The notes below the pieces were generated by a model. That model was given only the letters and a program-made list of their open reading frames with translations. It did no database searches and was not told where the DNA came from. 64,000 nucleotides of DNA from Chara braunii (taxonomy: Eukaryota; Plantae; Charophyceae): the NCBI GenBank assembly GCA_003427395.1, contig BFEA01000005.1:6829673-6893672 (forward strand). Direction: 5' to 3'. Position 1 is the stretch's first letter. Every line of letters starts with the position of its first letter. The translations under genes and the position numbers were made by a program. Shown here in pieces: positions 1 through 11,685 of this stretch.

Positions 1-105
1 GGCGAGCCGACCCACGACTACCCACTCCGCTCCTGCGGTCCTCTCCCTCTCACCGATGGTCCTCTGTCCCCATACCACAACCCATATCTCCCCCCACCTC
101 CCACC

Positions 106-2178
106 ATGTCTACCTCTCTTCCTCCTCCATCCACGGACATGGCTACAGTGAAGGAGATCGTTGCGGTGCCATCCACCTCTCAGGCGCCCACCCACCCCAT
201 GGTCCAGGGTCAGCATGGTGTGGACCCCACGGACCTTCGCGTTGTTCTTACGTCCCTCCTTGCACCTCTGCAAGCTCGACTCGATGCGCTTGCACCCCTG
301 GAGACGCAAGTTAATGCGCTCGCCCTTGAAGTTCACCGCCTCAAGGGTTCCCCTCATCGGTCCCCCCACCGCTCTCAGACCCCATCGCCTACCAGCTCGG
401 AGTCTGGCTCTCCACGACGCCAGAGACGGAGACGTGGCGGTTCGTCCTCATCTGCGGGTCAGGCCCAGCACTCCCCCGCCCCAGTGGTGAGTGTTGCTGC
501 AGCCCAGACCACACCGTCTGTGGCAGTACACCCATCGGTCGCCGCCGCCTCCGTCGCCCCTGCCGCTTCGGCCACCGCCGGATGTGCTGTCGCCCAGATA
601 CCGACATCGGGCCAGGCAGTCTCATCTACCCACCCCGGTGCTGCGTCGCAGCTTCCTGCACGAGTTACGGTACTTCGGCCCGGAGTTCTTCCTCTCCCTG
701 CTAGGGCACTCCCTCCGCCTCCTCCACCCCCGACCCCGCGCACCCAGCAAGTGGCTACCCTACAAACCACAGTGGCGCAGCTCCAGGCAGAGATTCTCTC
801 CCTTAGACAGCCTCACCCTCCATAGGTTGCGCACCCTCCTTCTTCTTACACCGTCCCTCCCACCACTGTCTTGCTAGCTCGCTTCCCTCGACCGGCTCCC
901 CCCCCTCTACCCTCCTACCTTGCTACTCCGTCACAGTCGGCTGCGGCCGTTACCTCCACGCCCGCTGGACCTTCCACCAACAGCCCCGGCTCATCGCCAG
1001 CCCCCACTTCTACCTCTGCACCAGCTCCGACATTTTTCTCCGTAATGCAGACCCATCAGCCCCTCTCCCCTCGCCGCCACCACAGCAGTCGCACCCTTGT
1101 GCGTCTGTCAGACATACCCGACTACGATGGTACGATGCGTGTGTTGCACTGGTTACAGGCTGCCACACGCGCGCTGACACTGACTAACACTAGTCAGCAC
1201 TTGTGGTGTTCCGCCCTCGCAACTAAATTGCGAGGCAGTGCATTCTCCGCTTGGGAGAACTACTATACCCATCGTACTCGTGCAGGTGAGGCGCCCACTC
1301 TCGCGGATTTCACTGCGTTCCTCCACGACCGCTACGGCACCCTCCACGATGCGACCGACACCCTAGACCGGGTCACCCAGATGCAGTGGCGCGGGTCCTC
1401 CACAACCTCCGATCTTGAGCGTCACATCAGAGTGTTCCAGGACGCCCGCCTCATTTGCGATGAGGCACTCCTACCTGAGGCCCTTTTGACCAACAGGTTC
1501 GTAGTCAGTCTCCCGACTGACTACTGTATCGAGCTCTAGCGACAGAGCTTCGCCTCCGTCGAGCAAGCCTACGAGGCTGCTCAACAGTACCAGAAGATGC
1601 GGAATCGCTTCTCCGACACCCCATATTCTTCGCGATCCACCGCTGCCGCCACCCAGTCCCGTGGTGCTACTCGCGGTCGATCCTCCTTCGCTGGCCGGTT
1701 TCGTCGACCAGCCCACCCTGGAGCGCCATTCTCTCGGCGCTACAGTTCTCTGGAGTACGGCGAGGACGCCTCGGCCGAGTTTGACCCTACCCTTGGGGAC
1801 GCCCCCGAGGACATCGAGCTATGAGACGTCATCCAGTATCACTTGGATGACGACACTGTTCCGGTGGCCGAGCGCTTGCTGATGGCCATGTCTACCATGG
1901 GTCGTCCTCGTAGCCGGGTTGCACAGGCTGGCGCCCGCACACCCACGGTTCCTCAGATAGACCTCCCGCAGGGTTATGTCCCTCCTCGCGGAGCTCTATC
2001 CCCTGAGGAGCGTGCCGCCCTCGAGGCCCGGCGCGGCTGCCTTCGTTGCCGCCTAGATGGACACACCTCCTCACGGTGTCCATACCATACCGCCCTCGAT
2101 CGGCACTACGCTGACATCTCTCGTCAGCGTCGATCTCAGTCCCACCCCGGCCCCGCCCGGCAAACCCCATCCACCTAG
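106..2178 (+). pseudogene. gag: gag polyprotein, one frame interrupted by in-frame stops at 823, 1537 and 1822
   Basis: ORFs 106, 871, 1597 and 1843 share one frame; capsid-like IPDYDG...LRGSAFSAW; zinc knuckle CLRCRLDGHTSSRC (CX2CX4HX4C) near 2038-2080. Confidence 0.9.
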
Positions 2179-2183
2179 CCACG

Positions 2184-5100
2184 ATGCACGGTGCCCCTGA
2201 GGCCTCGCACGTAGCCGGCTTCCCGACCACCGAGTCGCGGTTTACCCCTTTGGCTACCCCACCAGAGGAACCTCAGGACACGACAGACGCAGTTCTTTCC
2301 GCCCCATCGTCTGTCGAGGTACCGTCTGCCTCCCAGCAGACCGCCGCATCTAGCGCTTCTCCCCCGAGACTTCCAACACGTCGCGCCATTCGCACAGCCC
2401 GTTGTAGCGCTCAACTGGCGACTCGCGATGACGTTGTGTCATCTCTCCTGGACTTGAGCATTCTGCAGGCTCGTCAGGAGCNCCTCANNAGACACATCAA
2501 CGTCCTGCGTCGTCTTCTCGCCTTGCTCTCTGACCCTGATCGCACCCTACCCATCATCCCTATTCGCCTAGGGACATCTACGAGGGTGTACCGTGCTTTA
2601 TGGGACTCTGGCTCGCAGGGAGATTTCGTTCACCCTCGCGTGGTTGAGGAAGCTCGCCTAGCTACCTCTGGGTCTTGGTCTCCTATCTCCGTTACCCTCG
2701 GAGATAACAAGACGCAGCGCTTCTTCGATCAGACGGTCCCCGACCTCCACTTCTCCCTCACCCTCCAGCCATCGGATAGTCCCCTGACGCCTAGGCGCTA
2801 CCATTCCTCCGCATACTTCGACGTGCTGGAGACTGGGTACGACTTTATCCTTGGCACTCCCTCGTCTCGCCGGTTCCGTGGTACAGAGGCCGAATGGGCA
2901 ACCGAGACACTCGCTCTCAAAACGAAGTGTGGTCAGACCCATCGCGTTCCGTTAATTGGAACCACGGGCGACACCCCGCCCGACCTACCTCCCCAGGACC
3001 CTCGTCCTTCAGGGTCCCACCCCAACATCGCGTTCACTTCCCCTCGTCAGTTTGCTCACTTCATACGACAGGAGGATGTCACGTTCTACTCAGTGAACGT
3101 TATGGATCTTCTTCGCTACGATCCACTCTGTCCCGAGGTTGAGCTCATCTCTCTGGAGCCCGAACCCCCTGACCCTCCTTCCATCTTCGCGGCTCCCATC
3201 TCTACATCCACTCGTCAGCATGCGGATACCTCCTCCACGTCTCAGGCCCCTGCGCTGTCGACTGTCGAGTCCACATATACGTCTCGTGCTGACGCAAACA
3301 TTGAGGAACTCACACGGTTTACGGCAGACTTAGAGCCCGCCGTTCGCGACCTGATTCGAGAGTACCGCGACGTCTTTCCCCCGTATTTCTCATACAGCGG
3401 GATTCCCCCGATGCGCGGTGTCGAGCATTCCATCCAGCTCGTGTCTGACTATCGTGTTCACCATCAGGCACCATACCGACTCTCGATTCCAGAGGCGACG
3501 GAACTCAAGCGTCAGCTTGAGGAGCTCCTTCGACTGGGTTTCATTAAACCCAGTAACTCCCCTTGGGGTGCACCTGTCCTCTTTGCTCGCAAAGCGAACG
3601 GAACTCTCCGCCTCTGCATCGACTACCGCCGCCTTAACCGTTACACGGTTAAGAACAGCTATCCCATGCCCAGTGCGGATGAGTTGTTTGACCGTCTGGC
3701 AGGCAACCGCTTCTTCACGAAGATCGATCTTCATAGCAGTTACCACCAGATCCGCGTTGCCGCAGAGGACCAGCCGAAGGCAGCCTTTCGGTCGCGCTTC
3801 GGCCACTACGAGTTCACGGTGATGCCATTCGACCTCACCAATGCACCCGCCACCTTCCAGACGGCGATGAACGATATCTTCACGGACATCCTTGAGGAAT
3901 ACGTTCTCGTATACCTGGATGACATCTTGGTCTACAGTCGTACCTTAGAAGACCATATCAGACACCTCCGCGATGTCCTACAGCGCTTACGCAAGCATGG
4001 CTTCTATGCCAAGCTCAGTAAGTGCCGCTTTGCCCAGCGCAAAGTGGACTTCCTGGGACACCATGTGTCTGACCAGGGTCTCCACATGGACGACACGAAG
4101 ATCACTGCTATTGCAGAGTGGCCCATTCCCACATCTGCCAAGCAGCCTCGCGGCTTCCTAGGCCTCACCAGCTACTATAGTAATTTTATCCAAGGATACG
4201 TTAGGTATTCCTACGTCCTTACCTCTACCCTCCTCCGGAAGAACCCGCCGTGGTTTTGGACACCCCTGTGCGAGGACGTCTTTCGCGCCCTCAAGAAGGC
4301 GGTGACCTGTGCGCCGGTTCTTCGCCTTCCCGATTTTGATCGTCCCTTTATCGTCACCACCGATGCGTCAGACTTTGCAGTAGGAGTTGTCCTTTCTCAT
4401 GTGTTTCCCTCTCCTCCAGATTCACCTTACCCCTATGTTCCTCCTTTCCCCCCCCCTCCTGCTGACATTGCTTCTCGACTGACGCCTACCCTCCCACCAC
4501 TTCCCTCCACTGACAGTCCTCCTGTTACTTACTCACCGACCATCACGGAGGATGGTTCTGTCGAGGCTCGTGCTGGGGATTGCCCGATCGCTTTCTACTC
4601 CCGTCAGCTACTGCGTGCCGAGATAAACTACACTGTCGATGAACGTGAGGTTCTCACAGTAGTTTATGCTACCCGGCATTGGTGTCATTATCTGCACGGG
4701 GCGCCCTTCACGGTGCGCACGTCCAGGCTTTCCTCACGAAGCCTAAGCTTTCCCCTCGACAGGCTGGTGGCGTGACTTATCCGAGTTCAGTTTCACCACT
4801 CAGCCCATCAAGGGTGAAACGAACTGCGTCGTCGATGCCTTGTCCCGCCGTCCTGATCACAATCAGGAACCCATNCATCTTGTTGCCATCTCCATCACCA
4901 GTGTTGATCAGTCGGTGATCGACGCGTATCGCACTCAGTACCGCCACTGCCCCGATTATCGCGTCATCCACGCGACACTGCGGAGTGGCAAGACCGTTAT
5001 TTCCTACTCCCTCGGGGAGAACGACCTCATGTACTGGCATGGCAGATCTGGTCAGCTAGAACCACGTATCTGCGTTGCCTCCACCGGACAGCTCCGCATC

Positions 5101-5350
5101 CAGGCTGTAGCAGAGTTCCATGACCAGGCAGTTGTCGGTCATATGGGTTTCCACAAGACGTTGGCTCGTGTTTGCCGCCTATACGTCTGGCCGAAGTCCA
5201 AGGACTTTGTCAAAGCCTACATCCAGGAGTGTCCTACCTGTCAGGAGGTGAACAGTGCGAACCACCTTCCGTATGGGTTACTTCAGCCCCTACCCATACC
5301 TTAGGGTCGTTGGCAGTCCATCTCGATGGATTTCATTGGTCCCCTCCGCT
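2184..5350 (+). pseudogene. pol: pol polyprotein (aspartic protease, RT, RNase H, integrase N-terminal part), frameshifted near 4720
   Basis: ALWDSGSQ protease; SPWGAPV, CIDYRRLN and VYLDDIL RT; TTDASDFAVG and PIAFYSRQL RNase H; H..GHMG...CPTCQ integrase zinc finger. Confidence 0.95.
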
Positions 5351-5357
5351 CAACAGG

Positions 5358-5375
5358 TGGCATCGTTGTCGGGGA
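5358..5375 (+). promoter_or_regulatory. Primer binding site, tRNA-Asp type (Athila-like)
   Basis: TGGCATCGTTGTCGGGGA matches the Athila-type PBS TGGCGCCGTTGCCGGGGA at 15/18 and follows an LTR-end-like CTCAACA. Confidence 0.7.
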
Positions 5376-5829
5376 TAACGGCAAACTACCGTTGTCCCTG
5401 GTGGAACGACACTCGGGGATGGATGATGTAAAAATTATACTTTCTTTACTCGGCTAAGAGAAATGTGAGTAACTCTGACCTCTATAAGGAGAAGAAGGTT
5501 AACGTCTTCTTGTACTCTATATTGTGGTACATCTGGTACTAGCTTTTATCTTGGACTTGCAGAGGGAGTGTAACTTTAAAGTTGTTTTGATAATGACTTT
5601 TAGTTGTGAGAACTGTTATTGTGACCTTAGTTTACAAGTAATTTAAATTGTAAGGCCCATTGATAGAAGATTAAATGTTTGTTGCATATATGTGGAATTG
5701 TTGTCTACAATGGAACGACACCCGAGTAAGTTATTTTGATGGTTGGGCATAATGCTGAGATCTGAGATTATTTCGATGGTTGTTAATTAATCAACCAGAT
5801 TGGTCAATCATTAATGGAGCTTATGCCTT

Positions 5830-7059
5830 TTGCAGGGCGTTAAAATGACGGGAGGAGTCTTTGGCAACATGCCTTTTTTTAAAGGCAGCGGGGTTGTTAA
5901 ATTCTTACAGGCCTTCCAGACTCTCGTAACATTGATGCTTTGGGGAGAAAATTACAATTTTTTTTTCGTTTTGGGATTTGTGATTGAAGAATTGAAGGTC
6001 GAGGTTGGATATTTATTGTAGGCTTTTAGAACCTAGAGGGAATTCGAAAAACAAATGATTGTCAAATACCCGGAACCGCCTGAGGAGGATAAAAAAGAAG
6101 AGAATAAAAATCATCCTCGGGATGAAGGTGAGACTGGAATAGCCCAACTTATAGAACAGAGAACCATGGAAAGGGAAAGTTTACCTAAGGTAAACGTTCA
6201 TCTTTTCAATGGTAATTTTATCTCCATTTTTATCGAAAAAAAAATGAACAGTTGACATCTATTAATGATTGGGATAAGCCTCGGATGTTGAGATGAGTTC
6301 TTAGATATGTTGACAAAGATCTCGTGGATATAGTCCTGCGAATAATTGAGACTTCATTAGCGTGGTCTCATTTTCACGATGCTATGTTAGACGAATTTGG
6401 TTAGGTGATACAGTAACAACAATTGAAGATTTGAGAAATGTTGAGCGAGATGCATATGTAGTAAAGGAAAAAATTCTGGCTGAATTTAAACGGGTGGCTC
6501 GTCGAATTCAGGGGTTGACAGATAGACAGAAGTGTCTTGCTTTTCTTGAGAAATTTTCCGAAGGGAAGCAGTGTTTGCTTACCCAAGGAGAAAACAGTAA
6601 ATTCAATTGGGAAAGAATTCGGTCAAATTTTATTGACCGAGAATTTAGTCGAATATTTGACCAGACTCTTCGAAACAATTTTGCTTACAAAAAATTGAGA
6701 GAGAGTGTCGAGTTGACAAGCGAAAGAAAGATTCAAATCCTGTGACGAATCTTTCAGAAATCATATGAATACTGGAAAAGAAAAATGACGATTCTTCTCA
6801 CGAGTATCAGAAGGCAAGAATAGAACGTCCTCTGGAGGACCCATGTGAGCGAGATAGGAACAGTGAGGGGGATCATTTGGATGATTCTTCGATGTCAACT
6901 CCTCAAAGAGCAGAACATTGCGAGTCAGTGTCTCGAAATCAACGAGGCCAGCGAGTAAGGAAAGGAAGATTTTATTGGCAGAATATTATCTGTAAGAGAT
7001 GTGGTAGTATCAGGCACACTCCGAGTAGATGCAAGAGATTGGGAGTTAAGGAGAAATAA
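5830..7059 (+). pseudogene. gag: Degenerate gag with C-terminal zinc knuckle
   Basis: Fragmented ORFs (PKVNVHLFNGNFIS); CKRCGSIRHTPSRC = CX2CX4HX4C at 6991-7032. Confidence 0.65.
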
Positions 7060-7649
7060 ATTATTAAAATTCTGATTTCAATGGTCGAGTTCACTATGAA
7101 CTCGAAACATTTTTATGAGTGAGAATGATAATGTCAAGTTAAAGTTGGTATTTTTCTTTGATAAGATAAAGATTTTATCTAATTGATATATCATTTTATC
7201 CATGTTATTATCCATTGAAGAGCTATTTGTTTTGTTTATTATTGAAGAATATATGATATAGATCATTATGAAATTCCATGTAAAAACATTTGTTGTGAAT
7301 TGTTTTGATGTTGTGAGTATTTGGTTAAATGTAAGTTGTTGAGAAATTGTGGATTTGTAGGTAGACAACTATGGTTGCTATGAGGGGATAAGTGGTTACC
7401 TCTCCTCGTGTCAGGCATAGTCACCGTACCCCTATAACCAGGGTCTAGCCAACCTTGGTTGTAGAAGGTAAGGTTGTTCTATTCTACATGTGACAAATTG
7501 ATAAATGAAACACTGAAATTTGGATGGAATGTGAAGAAGTTTGAATCGCAATCAAGACCTAGTCCCGAATGGATCCCATTTATTTTATGATGAATATTAT
7601 GGATTGTTATGACGATTGTTGAGGAATGGTTATCGGAAAGAGGACCGGC

Positions 7650-7960
7650 TCCCATCAGCAGACTGGGAGTGACTTCCATCGAGTGGCTTCCATCAGCAAC
7701 TGGGGACTCGTTCCGATCAGTGGGCTGGAAGATCATTCTCATCAGCAACTGGGAAGTCATTCCTATATTGATGGAATGAAAGGTCCGCAGGGGGTTAAGC
7801 TTGTGAAAGACTGAGGACTGACTCCCATCAGGAGACTGGGAAGTGACTTGCATCAGCAACTGGGGACTCGTTCCCATCAGTGGAATGGAAGGTCATTCCC
7901 ATCAGCAACTGGGAAGTCATTCCCATATTGATAGAATGAAAGGCCCGCAGGGGGTTACAC
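7650..7960. repeat. ~22-bp tandem repeat (CCCATCAG..ACTGGG) nested in a larger duplication, just upstream of the PPT
   Basis: Repeated CATCAGCAACTGGG units; 7690-7803 resembles 7851-7960. Confidence 0.85.
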
Positions 7961-9405
7961 CTGTAAAAATCCCATAACAGAATGATGTGATGTGACTGTT
8001 TTGGGTGTTGTATCAAGACCTACAGGGGGATGATCCTGTTGAATAAATTGCGAGACTTTTGAAAGTTAAATTCAGTTTTAATATTGAATATTGATATGAG
8101 AATTTCGGTCATAGTTCGGATGTTTGTTGAATTGTTGTGTATTGTAACTGTTGCTTTTACATGAGAATTTCGTAAGAATCCTAATTTCTATTTGGATAGC
8201 GGACGGCAGAGAATGTCGTTCATTGAGTGTTGGTAAAACATTTTCGGCTCAGTTCCGGACGGTTACTTGATTGATTATACGAAGTACCTATTGAAGTCTT
8301 ATGAAGTTTCTATTGAAATTTTGATGAAGAGCGATGGGAACGTCGCTCGGTAGGACCCATTCATGGGAGATAATAGTTTTGAGTAGTCGTCGGTGGAATG
8401 TTGTCGGGACTATTCTGATTGTAGCGTCTTCAGGTTGGATAAAGCCCAACGGATGAATCTTAGGGTTCTTGAAAAATACATACCATAAATTATATCTGGT
8501 ACCATTCCAATAAAGAGTGATTATATTTTTAGACTACCAAAAGAATGACTCGGATTTTGGTATAAGTTTCGACCTAATTGTGATTGGGAGAATTTTGTTA
8601 TTATTTTTACAAAGGAGTTCCATAAGAATTTAGACAAGCCTATATTATTTGTTAATATAGGGTGAACGATGGGGACGTCGTTCAATGGGGTCTCGGGATG
8701 CTGTCGGGGCAAATACCCTGACAAGGGTATTTGCCGGGGATTTTAAACGTCGGACGTTGTCCAACTCTTTCGTTGGATTAAAGTACTTGATGAAACTGAC
8801 GTTGCCATAAAGTTTATTCAGACCAACCCTACGACCGAGAGACCTGAATTTTTAGAACCTGAGGTCGTTGACGTAGGATGTCATTGACGTCCGATCGAAA
8901 CAACAAGAGTCGGCGGTACGACCTGTCATCCGTGATGTCTTACAAGGCCGGGGATGTACTCGGTCATAGGGATGATAAAGCTAAACTTACCCTACCTAAA
9001 AGGTAGCGGTCGCGCGATTCAGGAGCACAGTAGACCAAATAGTTGGTCGCGCCATGTATGTGGCTACGGCATGCGTGCCACACTGCCAGACGGTCGCTGG
9101 GTTGGCGACTGCACGACTGGCGAGCGGTTGGGGTTGCTGAGGTACGCAGGCATAGCCTGTGTGAGGCCATAAGGCGATACCACGCTGGACCAGGCTCTTC
9201 ATAAGGAAGAGCTGCTCGTATTTCAATGTGGAATAGGAGCTAGCCCAGTAGGATATCATACCAGATTCTTGCCCAGTAGATATCGGGATCAAGCCTTGAT
9301 GACATCACCATTGGACTAGCTCCTTTTGGAGCAACCCAACCTTTTTGCGCGACCGTTCTCGGTCGTCCGATCGATGAGATCGCGCGGCTGAAAACAGTCG
9401 CGCGC

Positions 9406-9464
9406 AGATTAACAAGGCCCCTCCGCAAGGACAACACGCGTAAATCGAGAAATGGTCCAATTTT
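9406..9464 (+). pseudogene. U6: U6 snRNA 3'-half fragment followed by an oligo-T run to 9483
   Basis: AGATTAACAAGGCCCCTCCGCAAGGACAACACGCGTAAATCGAGAAATGGTCCAATTTT aligns to the plant U6 3' half; ACAGAGA box absent; AGC triad changed to AAC. Confidence 0.9.
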
Positions 9465-10086
9465 TTTTTTTTTTTTTTTTTTTGAGTCCTTCGAGACTCG
9501 AACTTGGATCTGTAGCTTAGGAGCAAGGCGGAGGGGCTCTATGCTACGAGGGACCGTTGCCATAAGCCAACGGAGTAAAAAAGTATATATATACAGCTAA
9601 AGCGCCAAGTGGCGCTCGTAGAAAGAGAGGGATTTGCAGTCCCTGGGAAGGAGGAAACGGGCACCTGTTTTTAAGGCGCCAAGTCGTTTTTAGGTAAGTT
9701 GTGGTTTTCTTTTTTTGAATTTGTTTTTCTTCTTCTTTTGTTTCTTTTTGGGAGTTACTTCGTTCCCCCTCCCCGTTCGTAATCGTTGAGGCACAACCAA
9801 CAGGGAAAACGGGGAGGGGTTGGAACGATCAACCTAAGGACTGTAAAAAAAAAAAAACAAAAAAAAAAAAATAGTTTTTTCAGACTGTGTCGTAGCACAA
9901 AGGTTCCCACTTCGTTTTGGATAGATGACGGTGGCCACGAGATCTTGAGATCTCGCGGCCCACAGTGCACACGCGGAGAAACTGTGGGAGTTGAGTGGAG
10001 AGGGAGAAAGAAAGAAATGGGAGGATGAGAGAGAGGAGGACCTACTCTTCCCGACCTGCCAGCTGCCTCCCGTTGTCAGGGGGGGG

Positions 10087-10135
<49 letters not shown>

Positions 10136-11254
10136 AACAACAACGAGAAACGGGATCAGACTTTTTTTGAAAATCTGTATTTTTTGGTTTGCGCCAATAT
10201 TGTTTTGGTGGCATAAAACAATTTTGTCGAGCTTGATTTTTTTTCTGTAGGTAACCAGGCACCTAAGCCATGTGCATAAATTGTTTTAGATTTTTTTATT
10301 AGGCGAATAGTTTTCTAAAAATCATCAAAGTCGGGGTACTTTTTGCACCCCGCTCTGAGCCTGTCGGGATTTCAACTCGTGAATTTTCACGAGTTGTTTC
10401 CCTACCTCTCCCAATCTGACAACTGCCATCCCCGTTTTCAGGGGAGGGCATGGGAGAAAAGAGAAAAAGAAGGTAGAAGGAGAAAAAAGGAAAAAGAAAA
10501 AGTCACGGCCACGATAAGATACAGGCCAAACTGGCCTGAATGTGACTCAGGCCAGGGAGTTGAAGAGGTGGTGAGGGAAACTTGGTTGGAAACAACTATT
10601 TTCCCGCTGAACCTGCACTCAGTGCGGGGCTGAGTGCAGGGAAAAGGGAAAAAAAGAGGGGGCAGTTGAGTACAACTGCCACCCTAAGTGTGTGACTGAG
10701 GTGAGACGGCCTCAGTCCGTTGATCTGGCTCAGATCAACGGCCCCAGGCAAGTGACGAATTTTGCCTGGGGGAAGCTGAGGCTGCTACTGCCCTCCTCAG
10801 CCACTACAAAAGAGGCAGTTGTCCCCCAGCTGCCTCACACTTGCCTCCAGCTGCCAGTGTGCGACAGCACACTTGCCTCATCGCTGGAGTGTTGGAGAGG
10901 GGGCAGGAGTGTTGTCGGCGGAGCTGAAGGACTGTGGAGGAGCGCGAAGAAGGAGGAGATAGCCATAGCCTTGGCTGGAGCACTCTGCTTCACCCCTTGG
11001 CAGGCTAGTCTCAAGGGGGACTCTGCGACAGCGTGGTGAGGAGCGGCAGCAGAGCGTGGCAAGGAGCGACGGGGAGCACGACAACTGGTGGAGGTGTGTC
11101 GGCCGATATTTTCGGCAACCATAACCCATTTTTGTGGGTTTATGCTGCCGAAATATCGCAGCGTCGGTGCGACACCTTAATTTTGAGGGGTGACGCTGCC
11201 GTTTTCATGGCACGTCGGCGACACTTTATTTTGAAGAGTGGCGCTGCCATTTTC

Positions 11255-11685
11255 ACGGCACGGTAGTACGGCACGGCGGAGCGCGGCCGTCTTTTTGCAG
11301 TGGTACGGCACGGCGAAGCCCCGCCATCTTTTTACGGTGGTATGCCACAGTGAAGCGCCGCCGTCTTTTTGCGGTGGTACGGCACGGCGAAGCGCTACCA
11401 TTTTTTTTTGCAGTGGTACAGCACGACGAAGCGCTGCCGTTTTTTTTACGGTGGTACGGCACGACGAAGTGCTATCGTTTTTTTTACGGTGGTACGGCAC
11501 GGTGAAGCGCCGCCGTCTTTTACGGTGGTACGGCACGGTGAAGCACTGCCGTCTTTTTTACGGTGGTACGGCACGACGAAGCGCTGCCGTTTTGTTTTTC
11601 TTTTACGGCGGTACGACACGGCGAAGCGCTGCCGTTTTTTTTTACGAGGATTCGGCACGGCAATGGAATTGCGGCACGACGGTGG
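11255..11685. repeat. ~37-bp tandem repeat, about 11 copies, each a hairpin plus oligo-T
   Basis: Unit TACGGTGGTACGGCACGGCGAAGCGCTGCCGTTTTTT. Confidence 0.95.

Larger units (their letters stand above)
1..5350 (+). mobile_element. Decayed Ty3/gypsy LTR retrotransposon, internal region (5' LTR outside window, 3' part deleted)
   Basis: Domain order gag-protease-RT-RNaseH-integrase; stops and frameshifts; ends abruptly in the integrase core at SMDFIGP. Confidence 0.95.

Noticed and set aside
5436-5472. Resemblance to the U2 snRNA 5' end
   Set aside because: Short gapped match without the GUAGUA branch-pairing box
7650-7960. CTGATG motifs on the minus strand as hammerheads
   Set aside because: No stem II-GAAA-stem III arrangement found
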